A DNA stretch of 64,000 bases from a virus (lineage: Duplodnaviria; Caudoviricetes): the IMG/VR virus record IMGVR_UViG_3300032236_001024, positions 32,001-96,000 of that record; one strand, 5' to 3'. The stretch's first letter is position 1; each line of letters starts with the position of its first letter. Positions 8,986 through 18,530 of the stretch are shown piece after piece. The notes beneath the pieces are model-generated. The model saw only the letters and a program-made list of their open reading frames with translations, did no database searches and was not told where the DNA came from. The position numbers were made by a program, and so were the translations under genes.

Positions 8986-10743
8986 ATGTTTGTAGATTTA
9001 AAAAATATTGCTCCTTTAATAGAAAAACAGTTTCCTTCCTTTTATGCTGAAGAAGGTGAAAACTTTCTGCAGTTCATGAAAGCATATTATGAATGGTTAG
9101 ATACTGAAGGACCAGAACAAAAAATTAGAAGACTGGGCGAATATAGAGATATTGACCAGACATTAGATGAATATTTAAAGTATTTCATGTCAAAATACAT
9201 GTATGGAATACCAAAAGAAATTTTATCAGATAAAAAACTTTTAGAAAAGCATATTTTAGACCTTTATCGTTCCAAAGGAACTTCAGAAGGAATGAAGCTT
9301 CTCTTCAGATTACTTTATAATATAGACATTGATATTTACAGACCACAAGTAGACATGCTGAGAACTTCTGGTGGTAAGTGGACTGAAAGAAAGTATATAG
9401 AAGTAAAGTCAAAAAATCTTACAAATCATTATTCTTATTTGAACAAATATATTTACGGGTCTAGTTCTGGTGCAATAGCATATGTCGATGAAGCTATTCA
9501 ATTGTATAGTGGCAATCAAATTTCGCATATTCTTTACATAACAGATTTGCATGTTGGAATAAACGGCGATGAATTTATGGTTGGTGAATATTTAATGTAT
9601 GATGGGTTTACAGATATCTCTGAGGTATCTACTGTTCTTGGTTCCGCCCGTAGCGCAACTGTAGTTAGTTCTGATGCAGAAAATCATATAAACGATACTC
9701 TTACTGCTTATACTGATTCTGGAAAAGGATTAAAAATAGTAGTAAAAAACTTAGCAAATCAATTGTACAAAGGCTATTTAAATTTTAAAATTGTTGACGG
9801 TGGATACGGCTATAGAACAGATTCTGTTATTACATACGGAACTGATCCCACAGGTGCTGGTGCATCATTTAAAATTGCCTCAATTATAAATCCTACAACA
9901 ATAAAATATAATGATGATTTTGTCAAACCTTATTTAAATGTTCCTCTTAATACTAGTTTTAGTGGTCTTGATTTAAAAACATTGTATGACAAAACTACAT
10001 TTCCATTAGCTGCAGCAAACATTAATACAGTAATTGGAAATGCATTAAATATCTATGCTTTAGAAGTCGGTACTATAGGTTCTATAACCGCAACAACATC
10101 TGGCAATCATAAGTATAAAAATGATCTTCAAGTAACAGTAAAAGAACCAAAAGTTATTCCATACGCTATTCCTGACGGCAATGGTGGTATATGGGGTAAT
10201 GATGCAGTCATTACTGCAGAATTGGCTGCATCCAATGGAACTGTTACAGAAGTTAAAGTATTAGCTTCTGGTTATGGGTTTAATACTCAAGATGAACAAA
10301 TATTAACAAGAAATTCTTTAAATGGTAAAGAAGTTAGTTTGAAACTGAATATTGATGGAGTTGGACTTGAAGAAGGTTATTGGGAAGATAATTCAGGATT
10401 CCTGAATTCCGATAAATATATCCAAGATAGTTATTATTATCAAGAGTATTCCTATGAAATTCAGGTTGAAAAATCATTAAACACTTATGTTGATGTGGTG
10501 AAAAAAGTAATGCATCCTCTTGGAAACATTATGTTTGGAAAACCATTAATTATTGATGAAAATACATTAATGTTATCTTTACAAGGCGATAGAGTTAATA
10601 CAAATGTTACAACATCGACTTCAAGTGATTCACGTACATTATTCGATTATGTTATTATTGATAATTCCATGGTTCAATTATTCTGGGATGGATTTGCAAA
10701 TAAATGGAAATATACATCAAATGGTTCAATTTATGTTCAATAA
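8986..10743 (+). CDS. gp7: Baseplate wedge initiator, gp7-like
   Basis: LIEKQFPSFY..EGENFLQFMKAYYEWL..DIDQTLDEY..LYRSKGT..LLFRLLY; C-terminal NSDKYIQDSYYYQEYSY..KK..HP.G..FG; order gp6-gp7-gp8. Confidence 0.8.
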   Translation: MFVDLKNIAPLIEKQFPSFYAEEGENFLQFMKAYYEWLDTEGPEQKIRRLGEYRDIDQTLDEYLKYFMSKYMYGIPKEILSDKKLLEKHILDLYRSKGTSEGMKLLFRLLYNIDIDIYRPQVDMLRTSGGKWTERKYIEVKSKNLTNHYSYLNKYIYGSSSGAIAYVDEAIQLYSGNQISHILYITDLHVGINGDEFMVGEYLMYDGFTDISEVSTVLGSARSATVVSSDAENHINDTLTAYTDSGKGLKIVVKNLANQLYKGYLNFKIVDGGYGYRTDSVITYGTDPTGAGASFKIASIINPTTIKYNDDFVKPYLNVPLNTSFSGLDLKTLYDKTTFPLAAANINTVIGNALNIYALEVGTIGSITATTSGNHKYKNDLQVTVKEPKVIPYAIPDGNGGIWGNDAVITAELAASNGTVTEVKVLASGYGFNTQDEQILTRNSLNGKEVSLKLNIDGVGLEEGYWEDNSGFLNSDKYIQDSYYYQEYSYEIQVEKSLNTYVDVVKKVMHPLGNIMFGKPLIIDENTLMLSLQGDRVNTNVTTSTSSDSRTLFDYVIIDNSMVQLFWDGFANKWKYTSNGSIYVQ

Positions 10744-10754
10744 GAAAGTAAGAT

Positions 10755-12260
10755 ATGCCTAGTAGTTTTAACCAAACAATTAAAACAAAAATTATTGAAG
10801 ATTTCATCAAAGATGTTGCTAACACGCAAGTTAGTTATTATATCGGGTTTGGAAAAAATGATGCTTGGAGTGATGATTCAAATCCTCCATTAGCCAATAC
10901 TAGCATTCAATCATATTTCTATGATGTACATAAAAATTTAATATGTGGTAAAAAATTAGATTCGACCAGTGTTTCTCCAATTATTAGAAGAATTGTTTGG
11001 CAGACTGGTACAGTATATAACCAATATGATCATACAGACGCAAACATTTATTATAAAAATTTCTATGTAATAAATTCATATGGAAGAGTGTATAAGTGTT
11101 TATTCAATAATTATGGTTCTGCTTCGACTGTAATGCCAGATGGGAATATGACTCTTGGCGATTTTGATACTGCAGATGGTTATAAATGGAAATATCTATA
11201 CACTATGTCTCCTGCTATGCAGGTAAATTTTGCTTCAGCAGAATTGATGCCAGTTTATACTGATTCTTCGGTAAGTAGTAAATCAGTAGATGGAGCAATT
11301 CATACATGTTTTGTAAGCACTAAAGGAAGCGGGTATGTTTCTGCTAATGGTATAATAGATTCTGTTTTATCTAGTAATGTATTTAAAATTTCAAATACAA
11401 CTTCATCTTCAAATGTTGGAATATACAACAATTCTACATTTTATGTAAATGGTGGAGTTACAAGTTCATCTCGATCTGTAATCGATAAGTACATAAGCAA
11501 TACAAGTGGTAGATATGTATATACAAAAACTCTTATAACAGAATTGGCTGGTTCAACTTATAGTATTTCACCACAAGTTAAATTTACAGGCGATGGTTCA
11601 GATGTATTTGCTATGGCAGTTGTCAATCCTGTTAATGGTGAAATTAGCAAAATAAATGTTATTAATAAAGGCAGTAATTATAGATATTGTACTTCTGAAA
11701 TAATAGCAAATACTTTATATGGCTCTGGAGCAACTTCATATCCAGTTATATCTCCAAAAGGTGGTCATGGTGCAAATAATATGTATGAATTGGGAGCAAA
11801 AACTATAGCAATTTCTCTCTCAACAAACCAATCTGTTGATGGCGGTAAATTTTTAACTTGGTATACTTACAGACAAACTTCTTTGTTATATAATCCAATA
11901 TCTAGTTCTACTGGAAGTGTATATACAGGAACTAATTTTACACAACTTACTAAATTTGTATTGTCTACATTCACTGATAGATTTACAGTTGGAGATACAG
12001 TAAGTAATTATAGTGGAGCATCAGCAACTGTTGTTTATATGGATACTACCAATAAATTATTGTATGTAAAGAACATTGTAAACGGCAGTTTTCATGAAAA
12101 TGATATCATATATTCTAAACAAATAACAGCTACAATATCTACCATAAATAATACTGATATAGCTCCATACAGTGCAGATGTTTTATATTATAATAATATA
12201 AAACCAATTAGTAGAACAGGCATAACAACAGAACAAGTAAAAATATACTTTTCAATCTAA
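10755..12260 (+). CDS. gp8: Baseplate wedge subunit gp8
   Basis: YIGFGKNDAWSDD.NPP; RRIVWQTGTVYNQYD; FYVINSYGRVYKCLFNN; TADGYKWKYLYT; ISPKGGHG. Confidence 0.88.
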   Translation: MPSSFNQTIKTKIIEDFIKDVANTQVSYYIGFGKNDAWSDDSNPPLANTSIQSYFYDVHKNLICGKKLDSTSVSPIIRRIVWQTGTVYNQYDHTDANIYYKNFYVINSYGRVYKCLFNNYGSASTVMPDGNMTLGDFDTADGYKWKYLYTMSPAMQVNFASAELMPVYTDSSVSSKSVDGAIHTCFVSTKGSGYVSANGIIDSVLSSNVFKISNTTSSSNVGIYNNSTFYVNGGVTSSSRSVIDKYISNTSGRYVYTKTLITELAGSTYSISPQVKFTGDGSDVFAMAVVNPVNGEISKINVINKGSNYRYCTSEIIANTLYGSGATSYPVISPKGGHGANNMYELGAKTIAISLSTNQSVDGGKFLTWYTYRQTSLLYNPISSSTGSVYTGTNFTQLTKFVLSTFTDRFTVGDTVSNYSGASATVVYMDTTNKLLYVKNIVNGSFHENDIIYSKQITATISTINNTDIAPYSADVLYYNNIKPISRTGITTEQVKIYFSI

Positions 12261-12269
12261 GGACTAACA

Positions 12270-15230
12270 ATGGCTGAGTTACAAACGAATTTTAATATAG
12301 CACCATTCTATGATGACTATGATGAGGATAAACAGTATTATAGAATTCTGTTTCGTCCTGCCACGGCTGTACAAGCTAGAGAATTGACTCAGCTTCAGAC
12401 TATTCTTCAGAAGCAAATTTCTAGATTTGGAAATAGTATATACAAAGACGGTTCGATCATCGAAGGTTGTGCCTTTATGCGTTCTTCTTTTTATCAGGTA
12501 AAAATTAAAGACAATACTACATCTACAATCGATTTTAATATTATTGTAAATGATGACAATGATGTTGCCAATAGTTATTTACTTGTTTCCAATACAACTG
12601 GAGTTAGAGCAGCTGTATTTAAAGCTTATGCTGGTGCAGAAGATGTTGTGAACCATGGATCGTTAGATACTAATAGGGCTTATGTAAGATATGTAACTTC
12701 AGGCAATAATGCTGGAATAGAAGTTTCACAATTCCAATCTAATGAACAGATTGATGTTTATACCCCAGCACAAGATAAAACTGGTATTTTAAATCCTGCT
12801 AATAAATTGGGTTACATTTATTCTGTAACTTCAAATAGTCTTATTAATGCTATCAGCACTGGATATGGATTGCGTGTAAGTACTGGATCGATATATCAAA
12901 AAGGGTATTTCTTAAAAGTTCTTCCAGCAAGCACTATTATTAAAGAAAATAGTTCAAATGCAGCTGGCATGGTTGTTGGGTTTGACACTAAGGAATATAT
13001 TATTTCTCCGGTAGAAGACGAATCATTGTATGATAATTCTATTGGCAGCACAAATTATAATGCTCCAGGTGCTTATAGACTTAAGCTTGTACCAGAAATA
13101 GTAGCATATGATAAATCAAATAGTGAAGTAATTATTCCTAAAAATTTCTTGACTCTCCTTGAATTTGATGGTGGAGACGGAAGAGTAGTTGAAAACAATA
13201 CTACTCCTCAGTATAGCCTAATTATGGATGAAATGGCAAAAAGAACAGCGGAAGAATCTGGTGATTATGTCATTAAGCCATTCCAAACAGATGTTATTTC
13301 GCATGGAACAAATGCCAATCTATTCTATTATAATGTTTCCGCAGGAATTGGATATGTTGATGGATATAGAGTAGAATTCCTTTCACCAAGAAAGATTTTG
13401 GCTCCTAGAGCTATTACTACAAATTCGCTTTCTAGTCAAATTGTTACTGCAAGCTTTGGCAATTATATTCAAGTAAATAACGTATCAGGCGTTTTTGATT
13501 ATAACAATCTTCAAGAAATGGCAATATATAGTGCACCTCAAAGTGTTTTAGCTAATAATCAGACAAGATCATCTGCAACTGGCACACAAGTCGGGACTGC
13601 AAATATCAGAGCCATGAAGTATGATAGCGGTCGTAAAGGCACACCAAGTGGCGTTCACAATTTTTATATATTTAACATAAAAATGAATGCTGGATATAAT
13701 TTTCAAAAGGATGCAAAGAGTTTTGTTGTAACATCTGCAAACAATTCAAATCCAGATGCCCCAATCAATTCTTTTGCTGACATAGTTACTGATATTAATG
13801 GTAAAGCAAATATAATTGATAGTGCTCTTGCTATTTCAGTTTTTGATACTGGTTTGCCAAGTGTTAAAAGTCTAACAAATTCTAATGGTGAAAACAATAC
13901 AAAATTTGTATATAAGACACTATTAAAACAAACTCTAGCACCTTCAAATGGTAGGGCTACAGCAACATTTTCACCCAATGGTTCAGACAAATTTAATTAT
14001 GGTATAGGACAACTAACCGATAGTGAAACAAATGATATAGATTTTATTTTTGGTTCAGACGGAATTTCTCAACCTGTTATAACTACAACTACTATCGGTG
14101 GTGTATCAAATACAACATGCTCTAATGTAGTATCAACTACCGATTTTACAGGTGTATTTAATGTTGGTCAAGGAATTCAACTTAAAAATACTTCAACTTC
14201 GGCTGTATCTTATCATACAATCAAATCGATAAACACGGCAAATTCAATTACAATTACACCAAATACATCACTTACTGGAACTTTATCACTTCAAAAATTT
14301 ATAAAGGCTGGTACATTGGTTGATATGTCTGGTGCTGGCAACACATTTACAATTAATAGTTTGACTAATGCCACATTGATGTTTGAATTTGATCCAGTAT
14401 CTCCTTATCCTAGCATTATTGCTGCAATTCCAGCAACTAAATCATATTCTCAGGGTATTGAAAAAGTTGTTCATAAGAATAGTTATGTAAAAATAGATTG
14501 TTCGACTCATACAAATACTACAAGAGGACCATGGACACTTGGTCTTCCAGATGTTTATAAAATTGCCAATGTTCATTTTGGCACTGATTATTCGGAAAGC
14601 AATGTTGATAAGAAAGATTGGTTCTATTTAAATAATGGTCAGACAGATTCATATTATGGATTATCACAACTTGTTCTAAATCCAAAATATGCTGGAAGCT
14701 TATCATCATCTTCTAAATTGCTTGTAAAGCTAGATCATTTCACTGCAAATATTACTGCGACTAAAGCAGGATTCTTTAGTGTGGATTCTTATCCAATTGA
14801 TGATACGGATACTGCAGATATAGCATCAACAATCAAGACGGCAGAAGTTCCTGTTTATGTTGATACTTCATTAGTTGCACATGATTTGAGAAATAATATT
14901 GACTTTAGATTCTTCATGGCGAACACTGCAAATGTTGCATCTAGTATATCAAATGCAACAATCAATCCTCCTGTAAATGAAAAAACATTTGTTAAGGGTC
15001 TTTCTGGACAGCAAGTTGTTCCATTGACAGAAGAAAATGTTGTATATGATGTGACATTCTATATGCCAAGAAGTGATATCCTCATGATAACAAGAGATGG
15101 AAGCCTAGATATTAAACTTGGATTGCCAGCTTTAAAGCCACAGCTTCCAACCATAAATAAAACAGGTATGCCAATTGCACAAATTTATGTTCCACCATAT
15201 CCATCATTAACATTTAAAGAAGCAGAATAA
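12270..15230 (+). CDS. Large baseplate/virion structural protein, DUF4815-type, N-terminal half
   Basis: NFNIAPFYDDYDEDKQYYRILFRPATAVQARELTQLQTILQKQI.RFG..IYKDGS; NAPGAYRLK; KRTAEESGDY; GIGYVDGYRV. Confidence 0.75.
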   Translation: MAELQTNFNIAPFYDDYDEDKQYYRILFRPATAVQARELTQLQTILQKQISRFGNSIYKDGSIIEGCAFMRSSFYQVKIKDNTTSTIDFNIIVNDDNDVANSYLLVSNTTGVRAAVFKAYAGAEDVVNHGSLDTNRAYVRYVTSGNNAGIEVSQFQSNEQIDVYTPAQDKTGILNPANKLGYIYSVTSNSLINAISTGYGLRVSTGSIYQKGYFLKVLPASTIIKENSSNAAGMVVGFDTKEYIISPVEDESLYDNSIGSTNYNAPGAYRLKLVPEIVAYDKSNSEVIIPKNFLTLLEFDGGDGRVVENNTTPQYSLIMDEMAKRTAEESGDYVIKPFQTDVISHGTNANLFYYNVSAGIGYVDGYRVEFLSPRKILAPRAITTNSLSSQIVTASFGNYIQVNNVSGVFDYNNLQEMAIYSAPQSVLANNQTRSSATGTQVGTANIRAMKYDSGRKGTPSGVHNFYIFNIKMNAGYNFQKDAKSFVVTSANNSNPDAPINSFADIVTDINGKANIIDSALAISVFDTGLPSVKSLTNSNGENNTKFVYKTLLKQTLAPSNGRATATFSPNGSDKFNYGIGQLTDSETNDIDFIFGSDGISQPVITTTTIGGVSNTTCSNVVSTTDFTGVFNVGQGIQLKNTSTSAVSYHTIKSINTANSITITPNTSLTGTLSLQKFIKAGTLVDMSGAGNTFTINSLTNATLMFEFDPVSPYPSIIAAIPATKSYSQGIEKVVHKNSYVKIDCSTHTNTTRGPWTLGLPDVYKIANVHFGTDYSESNVDKKDWFYLNNGQTDSYYGLSQLVLNPKYAGSLSSSSKLLVKLDHFTANITATKAGFFSVDSYPIDDTDTADIASTIKTAEVPVYVDTSLVAHDLRNNIDFRFFMANTANVASSISNATINPPVNEKTFVKGLSGQQVVPLTEENVVYDVTFYMPRSDILMITRDGSLDIKLGLPALKPQLPTINKTGMPIAQIYVPPYPSLTFKEAE

Positions 15231-18200
15231 TGACATATAATAGAAAAGACCTTGCAGTTCAAGTTGATATTAAATCAATCAAAGGATATACAATGCGTGA
15301 AATTGGCGCATTGGAAGAAAGAATCAAGAGACTTGAATATTATACAGTTCTTAATGCTCTTGAATTAGAGACAAGAGCACTTTCAATTAAAGATGATACA
15401 GGAACATTAGAACGTTTTAAGAATGGTATTTTTGCTGATCCTTTTAATGATTTTACTATCGGAAATAAAGACGATAAAGAATTTCGTATAGCAATACAAG
15501 GTTCTAAATCTATTGCAAGACCTTTGTTTGAAGAAAATATTCATTCATTTAAGTACTCCCCTTCATATAGTTCAAACATAAAAGTATCTGGTCATCTGGC
15601 AATTCTAGATTATGACCATGAATATTATGGCGGAAATAAGTATGCTACAAGCTATAGAAACTGTGCAGAGTTTTTCTACAAGTATAATGGCAGTTTAACA
15701 CTTTATCCAAATTTTGATAATAGAACTGTAGCAACTACAACAGACGCTCAGATGGTTACAATTGATTTGACTAAAGGGTTTACTGATCTTATAGCAACTG
15801 GTATTGCAAAAAATATTGATACTGTAACTAATGGTTCTACTATTTCTGGGTCTACTACTTCTGATTGGAATGGTGGTGGTTCAAAAACTACGAATCACTG
15901 GACAGAAACAGCTACAAAAACTATTACAGATATTGCAGTAACAACTGGAACTGCAAATCTTACACAGGATGTTGGAACATATGTCACTAATGTTGCTTCT
16001 CTTCCATATATGAGAAGTAGACTTATCGCATGTGTTGCTAGAGGTATGCGTCCAAATACCAGATTGTATGTTTATTTTGATAAATTGGCGGTTTCTGTTA
16101 TGTGTGCTCCAGCATATGTATCATCTTTATATGCTACAAACAATAGAATTGATTCTACTAAAATGGAACCTCTTATAGCCAATGGCAAAGAGAATGAAGT
16201 ATTAGTACAAAATGGTAAATTTGGCGATCCTATAATTTCTAACGCTTATGGTGAAGCATATTTTATCTTCTCTCTTCCTGAAAATACTTTCAGAGGTGGT
16301 GATAGAACTATGATTCTAACCAACGTTGATAGTGTTGCTGCAGAAGATGCCGTTATTACTAGAACTGAGGCAGTTTATACTTCTTCTTCTCTTGCTGTTA
16401 CACAAAACAGTCTTAAGTTCCAAATACAACAGCCAAAATTTACTCCAACTAATATATCTACACCTGTTATTGTAAGAGAATGGGATACATCAACTTATCA
16501 GGAACCTCCATCTGCATATGTTCCTTATGTTCCAGGTGATGTTGGTGGATTTGCAGATGGTGGATGGGTAGCATCCGATTCTGGTAATTGTGGTGGTGAT
16601 GGAGGAGGTGGCGGTGATGGCGGTGGCGGTTGTGGTGATGATCCAATTGCCGAAACATTTGAAATTGCTGATTTATCATCTGTATCTCAACCTGGCATAT
16701 ATCTAACACAGATTGGTGTGTTTTTCAAAAAGAAAAGTCCTACACTAGGTATTAGATGCAGTATCATGGGCACAAACCTTGGGCAACCAGACAGAAATCA
16801 AATTCTTGGATCAGTAGAATTATTACCACAATATGTTTCTGTGAGTGATGATTCTAGTGTAGAAACTTTATTTACTTTTAATAACCCTGTTCTTCTTCAA
16901 GCAGATAAACAATATGCTTTTGTATTGATGCCAGAAGGAAGTAATCCAGATTATGAAATATGGTATTCTGAAATTGGTGGAACAGATATTCTTTCTGGTA
17001 CAGATATCAATAAACAACCATTCAATGGATTGATGTATATCTCTTCTAATAATAGAGGATGGAGTGCAGTACAATCTTCAGATATCAAATTTAATATGTA
17101 TAGAGCTAGATTTAAATATGATACTGGCACACTTTCATTGAGAAATGAGACAGAAGATTATTTAACTCTTAGTGCATATTTAAGAGCCAATACTTCAAAT
17201 CCTGTAAGAGTTGGTGACGTTGTTTATGCAGCAAACACTGCAAATACACGACAAACATTTACAGATACATCACAATATCCATTTGGTATTGTAGAAGCTG
17301 TCGATGAATTGAATGGTAAGTTGATCTTGGAAAAGACAAATGGTCTATTCAGTAATACAACTTATCCAAATCTTAAAATTTATAGAGTATCACAAGTTGG
17401 AAATGTTGCTCAAATAACTCTTTCAAATCTAGTCGCAAACTGTACACTAGGATCAATTGATGATATTCAATATCATAATATAGTTCCAAAATTCAATATT
17501 ATTGAACCAAGTGGCACTTCAATAAAAATGTCATATACTGGTTCGAGTAACAGTTATTACAATTATACAAAAGACAATGATTCTCATATTGTAAAAAATG
17601 AATCATTATATGAATTTAGCGATTATGAAAGAATTCTTAGAAGTTATTCTAATGAAGTTGCTACCAACTCAGCAAATCCAAATTATTATATAAATGGAAC
17701 CGGAACAGCTGAAATAATCTTAAAAACATCTGATCCATATCTTTCACCAGTTGTTGATCTTAATGCAAGAACGATGAATTTTATTAAAAATATAATTAAT
17801 ACCGATTTGACTAATGAAGACACTCGTTATGGTAATGCATTAAACAAGTATATTTCTAAACCTGTCGTTCTTTCACAAGAAGCAGAAGATTTATTAGTTT
17901 ATATAACTGGCTATAGACCATATAGTACTGATATTTTAGTTTATGGAAAATTCTTAAATAAGAATGATACAGATAGTCTTGATTCAAAATCTTGGACATT
18001 AATGAATAACAATAATCTTGGAAGCTATGGTTCTCCACAAGACAGAGAAGATTATAGAGAATATGTATATTCAATGCCTATTTCTAATAATCAATTGATT
18101 GCTGCAACTTCAGTTCCAACGGCTGCTTTCCTTGATAAAGAATCGATTGATCCATTAAATGTTCTTACATATTATGATACAAGAACAGAATTTTATACAG

Positions 18201-18298
18201 GATATAATTCTTTTGCTATTAAGATAGTTCTTACTGGTTCAAATCCTGTAAATATTCCAACAATGCGTGATGTACGAGCAATTGCTCTTATGAGGTAA
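15230..18298 (+). CDS. Large baseplate/virion structural protein, DUF4815-type, C-terminal half
   Basis: YTMREIGALEERIKRLEYYT.LN.LE...RFKNGIFADPF; PYMRSR; DPIAETF; DIKFNMYRARF; FAIKIVL...NPVNIPTMRDVRAIAL. Confidence 0.75.
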   Translation: MTYNRKDLAVQVDIKSIKGYTMREIGALEERIKRLEYYTVLNALELETRALSIKDDTGTLERFKNGIFADPFNDFTIGNKDDKEFRIAIQGSKSIARPLFEENIHSFKYSPSYSSNIKVSGHLAILDYDHEYYGGNKYATSYRNCAEFFYKYNGSLTLYPNFDNRTVATTTDAQMVTIDLTKGFTDLIATGIAKNIDTVTNGSTISGSTTSDWNGGGSKTTNHWTETATKTITDIAVTTGTANLTQDVGTYVTNVASLPYMRSRLIACVARGMRPNTRLYVYFDKLAVSVMCAPAYVSSLYATNNRIDSTKMEPLIANGKENEVLVQNGKFGDPIISNAYGEAYFIFSLPENTFRGGDRTMILTNVDSVAAEDAVITRTEAVYTSSSLAVTQNSLKFQIQQPKFTPTNISTPVIVREWDTSTYQEPPSAYVPYVPGDVGGFADGGWVASDSGNCGGDGGGGGDGGGGCGDDPIAETFEIADLSSVSQPGIYLTQIGVFFKKKSPTLGIRCSIMGTNLGQPDRNQILGSVELLPQYVSVSDDSSVETLFTFNNPVLLQADKQYAFVLMPEGSNPDYEIWYSEIGGTDILSGTDINKQPFNGLMYISSNNRGWSAVQSSDIKFNMYRARFKYDTGTLSLRNETEDYLTLSAYLRANTSNPVRVGDVVYAANTANTRQTFTDTSQYPFGIVEAVDELNGKLILEKTNGLFSNTTYPNLKIYRVSQVGNVAQITLSNLVANCTLGSIDDIQYHNIVPKFNIIEPSGTSIKMSYTGSSNSYYNYTKDNDSHIVKNESLYEFSDYERILRSYSNEVATNSANPNYYINGTGTAEIILKTSDPYLSPVVDLNARTMNFIKNIINTDLTNEDTRYGNALNKYISKPVVLSQEAEDLLVYITGYRPYSTDILVYGKFLNKNDTDSLDSKSWTLMNNNNLGSYGSPQDREDYREYVYSMPISNNQLIAATSVPTAAFLDKESIDPLNVLTYYDTRTEFYTGYNSFAIKIVLTGSNPVNIPTMRDVRAIALMR

Positions 18299-18302
18299 AA
18301 TT

Positions 18303-18530
18303 ATGTCAATTGAAAACAGCAACGAAGGATTTATCAGATCAAGAATAAATAAGGGTGCATTGGTAAATGCAGATCATGATAATTATGTTGCTTATAAAAA
18401 GCAAAGACAACATTTAGCTGAAGTTAATGGTAATATTAGTAAAATAAATAATTTAGAAAATGAATTAGGCAGTATAAAAGAAGAAATGACAGAAATAAAG
18501 CAACTTTTACTTAAGGTACTCAATAAATGA
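18303..18530 (+). CDS. Small coiled-coil protein of the type that follows this structural gene in T4-like phages
   Basis: GALVNADHDNYVAYKKQR...INNLENELGSIKEEMTEIKQLLLKVL heptad pattern; ATGA-coupled to the next gene. Confidence 0.65.
   Translation: MSIENSNEGFIRSRINKGALVNADHDNYVAYKKQRQHLAEVNGNISKINNLENELGSIKEEMTEIKQLLLKVLNK

Noticed and set aside
15210-15232. Programmed -1 frameshift at TTTAAAG fusing the two DUF4815 halves
   Set aside because: The heptamer is out of register with the reading frame and the -1 frame has a stop at 15215-15217
16467-16709. His-rich 80-aa minus-strand ORF
   Set aside because: Antisense translation of the GGT/GAT-rich Gly loop in the structural gene
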